Part shown: positions 62,908 through 64,000 of the stretch, piece by piece
How positions within the stretch are numbered: the first letter of the stretch is position 1
How the letters are laid out: the number at the start of each line of letters is the position of its first letter
The notes under the pieces: generated by a model
What the model saw: only the letters and a program-made list of their open reading frames with translations
What the model was told of the DNA's origin: nothing
The model's database searches: none
Source of the DNA: Thermodesulfobacteriota bacterium
Lineage (GTDB): Bacteria > Desulfobacterota_D > UBA1144 > Nemesobacterales > JAJCZQ01
Direction of reading: 5' to 3'
NCBI GenBank assembly: GCA_965215275.1
Contig: OZ244044.1
Span: 992,001-1,056,000 of the forward strand
Length of the DNA: 64,000 nucleotides
Translations under genes and position numbers: made by a program

Positions 62908-63339
62908 ATGCACCTCGCGTTCAAGGAGGCACAGAAAGCGAGGTGCATGAACGAGATCCCCGTTGGTGCGGTCTTAACCGACAAATACCATAATATAATT
63001 TCAAAAGCACACAATCTGAAAGAGACTGATCAGAATCCGCTCTCTCACGCCGAAATCCTCGTCATTGAGCAAGCCTCAAAGAGGCTGAATACCTGGAGAC
63101 TGCTCAATACTACCCTGTACGTTACTTTAGAACCGTGCGTCATGTGTATGGGCGCTATTGTAAACTCCCGTATTGAAAGGGTCGTTTTCGGCACTGCTGA
63201 CCCAAAAGCCGGAGGCCTGACAAGTTTATATAATATAGGTGCGGACGGTAAGTTAAATCACAGAGTTAAATACACTCAAGGTATCCTACGATCCGAATGC
63301 AGTAATATCCTGAAAGACTTCTTTAAAAGCAGAAGATAA
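62908..63339 (+). CDS. tadA: tRNA adenosine(34) deaminase (start uncertain)
   Basis: EIPVGAV, HAE, YVTLEPCVMC, DPKAG. Confidence 0.92.
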   Translation: MHLAFKEAQKARCMNEIPVGAVLTDKYHNIISKAHNLKETDQNPLSHAEILVIEQASKRLNTWRLLNTTLYVTLEPCVMCMGAIVNSRIERVVFGTADPKAGGLTSLYNIGADGKLNHRVKYTQGILRSECSNILKDFFKSRR

Positions 63340-63343
63340 CAGA

Positions 63344-63991
63344 TCAGCCGCTGTTTGAAGGCTTTACCAGTATCTTTTTGTAATCACCCTCATCAATGGT
63401 ATCAAAATCAATGTCTCTTTCTTTTTTAAGGGCTATATAGGCAAGGCGCCTTTCACCAGCGGACATTCTGGTCAGGTAACTCTTTTTCTTTGTTCTGCGA
63501 ACCTTGTTAATTACATCCGACACTATCTTATTGATAGTTTCCTCTTTTTTACTGATATATCCGTCAACGTCTATATAAACCCTTTTGTCCCTGCCTGATT
63601 TACAATCCCTTGAAGCTATTCTGCCAATGAGGTATTCCAGTGCCCTTAAAGTCTCACCTCGCTTTCCGATAATGTAACCTTTTTCTCCGCTCATATTAAT
63701 GTCGAGCTTTATCCTTTCCGGCTTTTCATCAAGAACGACCGAGGACGCAGAGACAAGATATTTAAGTATGTTTTCCAAGACCTTTTTTGACTTTAATCCC
63801 TTATCACTGACCATTTCGTTCGTAACGCTTACCTTGACCCTGGCCAGTCTTTCTCCGATCCCCAGCACCCCTTTTGAGGCTTCTCTAATCACTTCTATTT
63901 CAACATCGTTCCTTGATACTCCCAGTTCCTCACATGCACTTATAATTGCCTCGGAAACCGTTTTTCCTTCTGTTTCAATCTCAATTGCCAT
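63344..63991 (-). CDS. jag: Jag/KhpB (EloR) RNA-binding protein
   Basis: N-terminal Jag domain GKTVSEAI, KH motif IIGKRGETLRALEYL, R3H-like C-terminus. Confidence 0.88.
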   Translation of the reverse strand: MAIEIETEGKTVSEAIISACEELGVSRNDVEIEVIREASKGVLGIGERLARVKVSVTNEMVSDKGLKSKKVLENILKYLVSASSVVLDEKPERIKLDINMSGEKGYIIGKRGETLRALEYLIGRIASRDCKSGRDKRVYIDVDGYISKKEETINKIVSDVINKVRRTKKKSYLTRMSAGERRLAYIALKKERDIDFDTIDEGDYKKILVKPSNSG

Positions 63992-64000
63992 TCTTATGCT

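Overview
A 64 kb bacterial chromosomal segment. Gene content and style suggest a Desulfobacterota/Dadabacteria-like organism (inference only). The housekeeping backbone comprises plsC, rpsB-tsf-pyrH-frr, serS, bamD, two dksA paralogs, prmA, mtnA, btuB with a cobalamin riboswitch, two LLM oxidoreductases, oppA, cofD, surA/ppiD, smc, secA, PMM/PGM, trpE/G, two CaiC-like ligases, tadA and jag. Accessory DNA is dominated by IS1595-type ends. (i) A complete IS1595 element (10026-13187; perfect 25-bp TIRs, 8-bp TSD) carries a Type II R-M system and sits inside another methyltransferase gene. (ii) A transposase-free unit (49602-51154) has IS1595-like TIRs enclosing only a TnpB with all three RuvC motifs and a putative omega-RNA that runs into the right TIR; this is the best candidate for an undescribed system. 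(iii) A TIR/TSD-bounded cassette (36600-41127) carries a large surface protein gene. (iv) A decayed IS1595 relic starts at 26192. Three paralogous S8 protease/Ig-repeat surface proteins have substituted catalytic residues, share a promoter and carry poly-C tracts at their 5' ends. Poly-C/G tracts also break a Type III mod gene and the interrupted MTase, suggesting phase variation, though sequencing error is not excluded. There is also a tandem HicA/HicB-like array with a repeated 27-bp intergenic motif.
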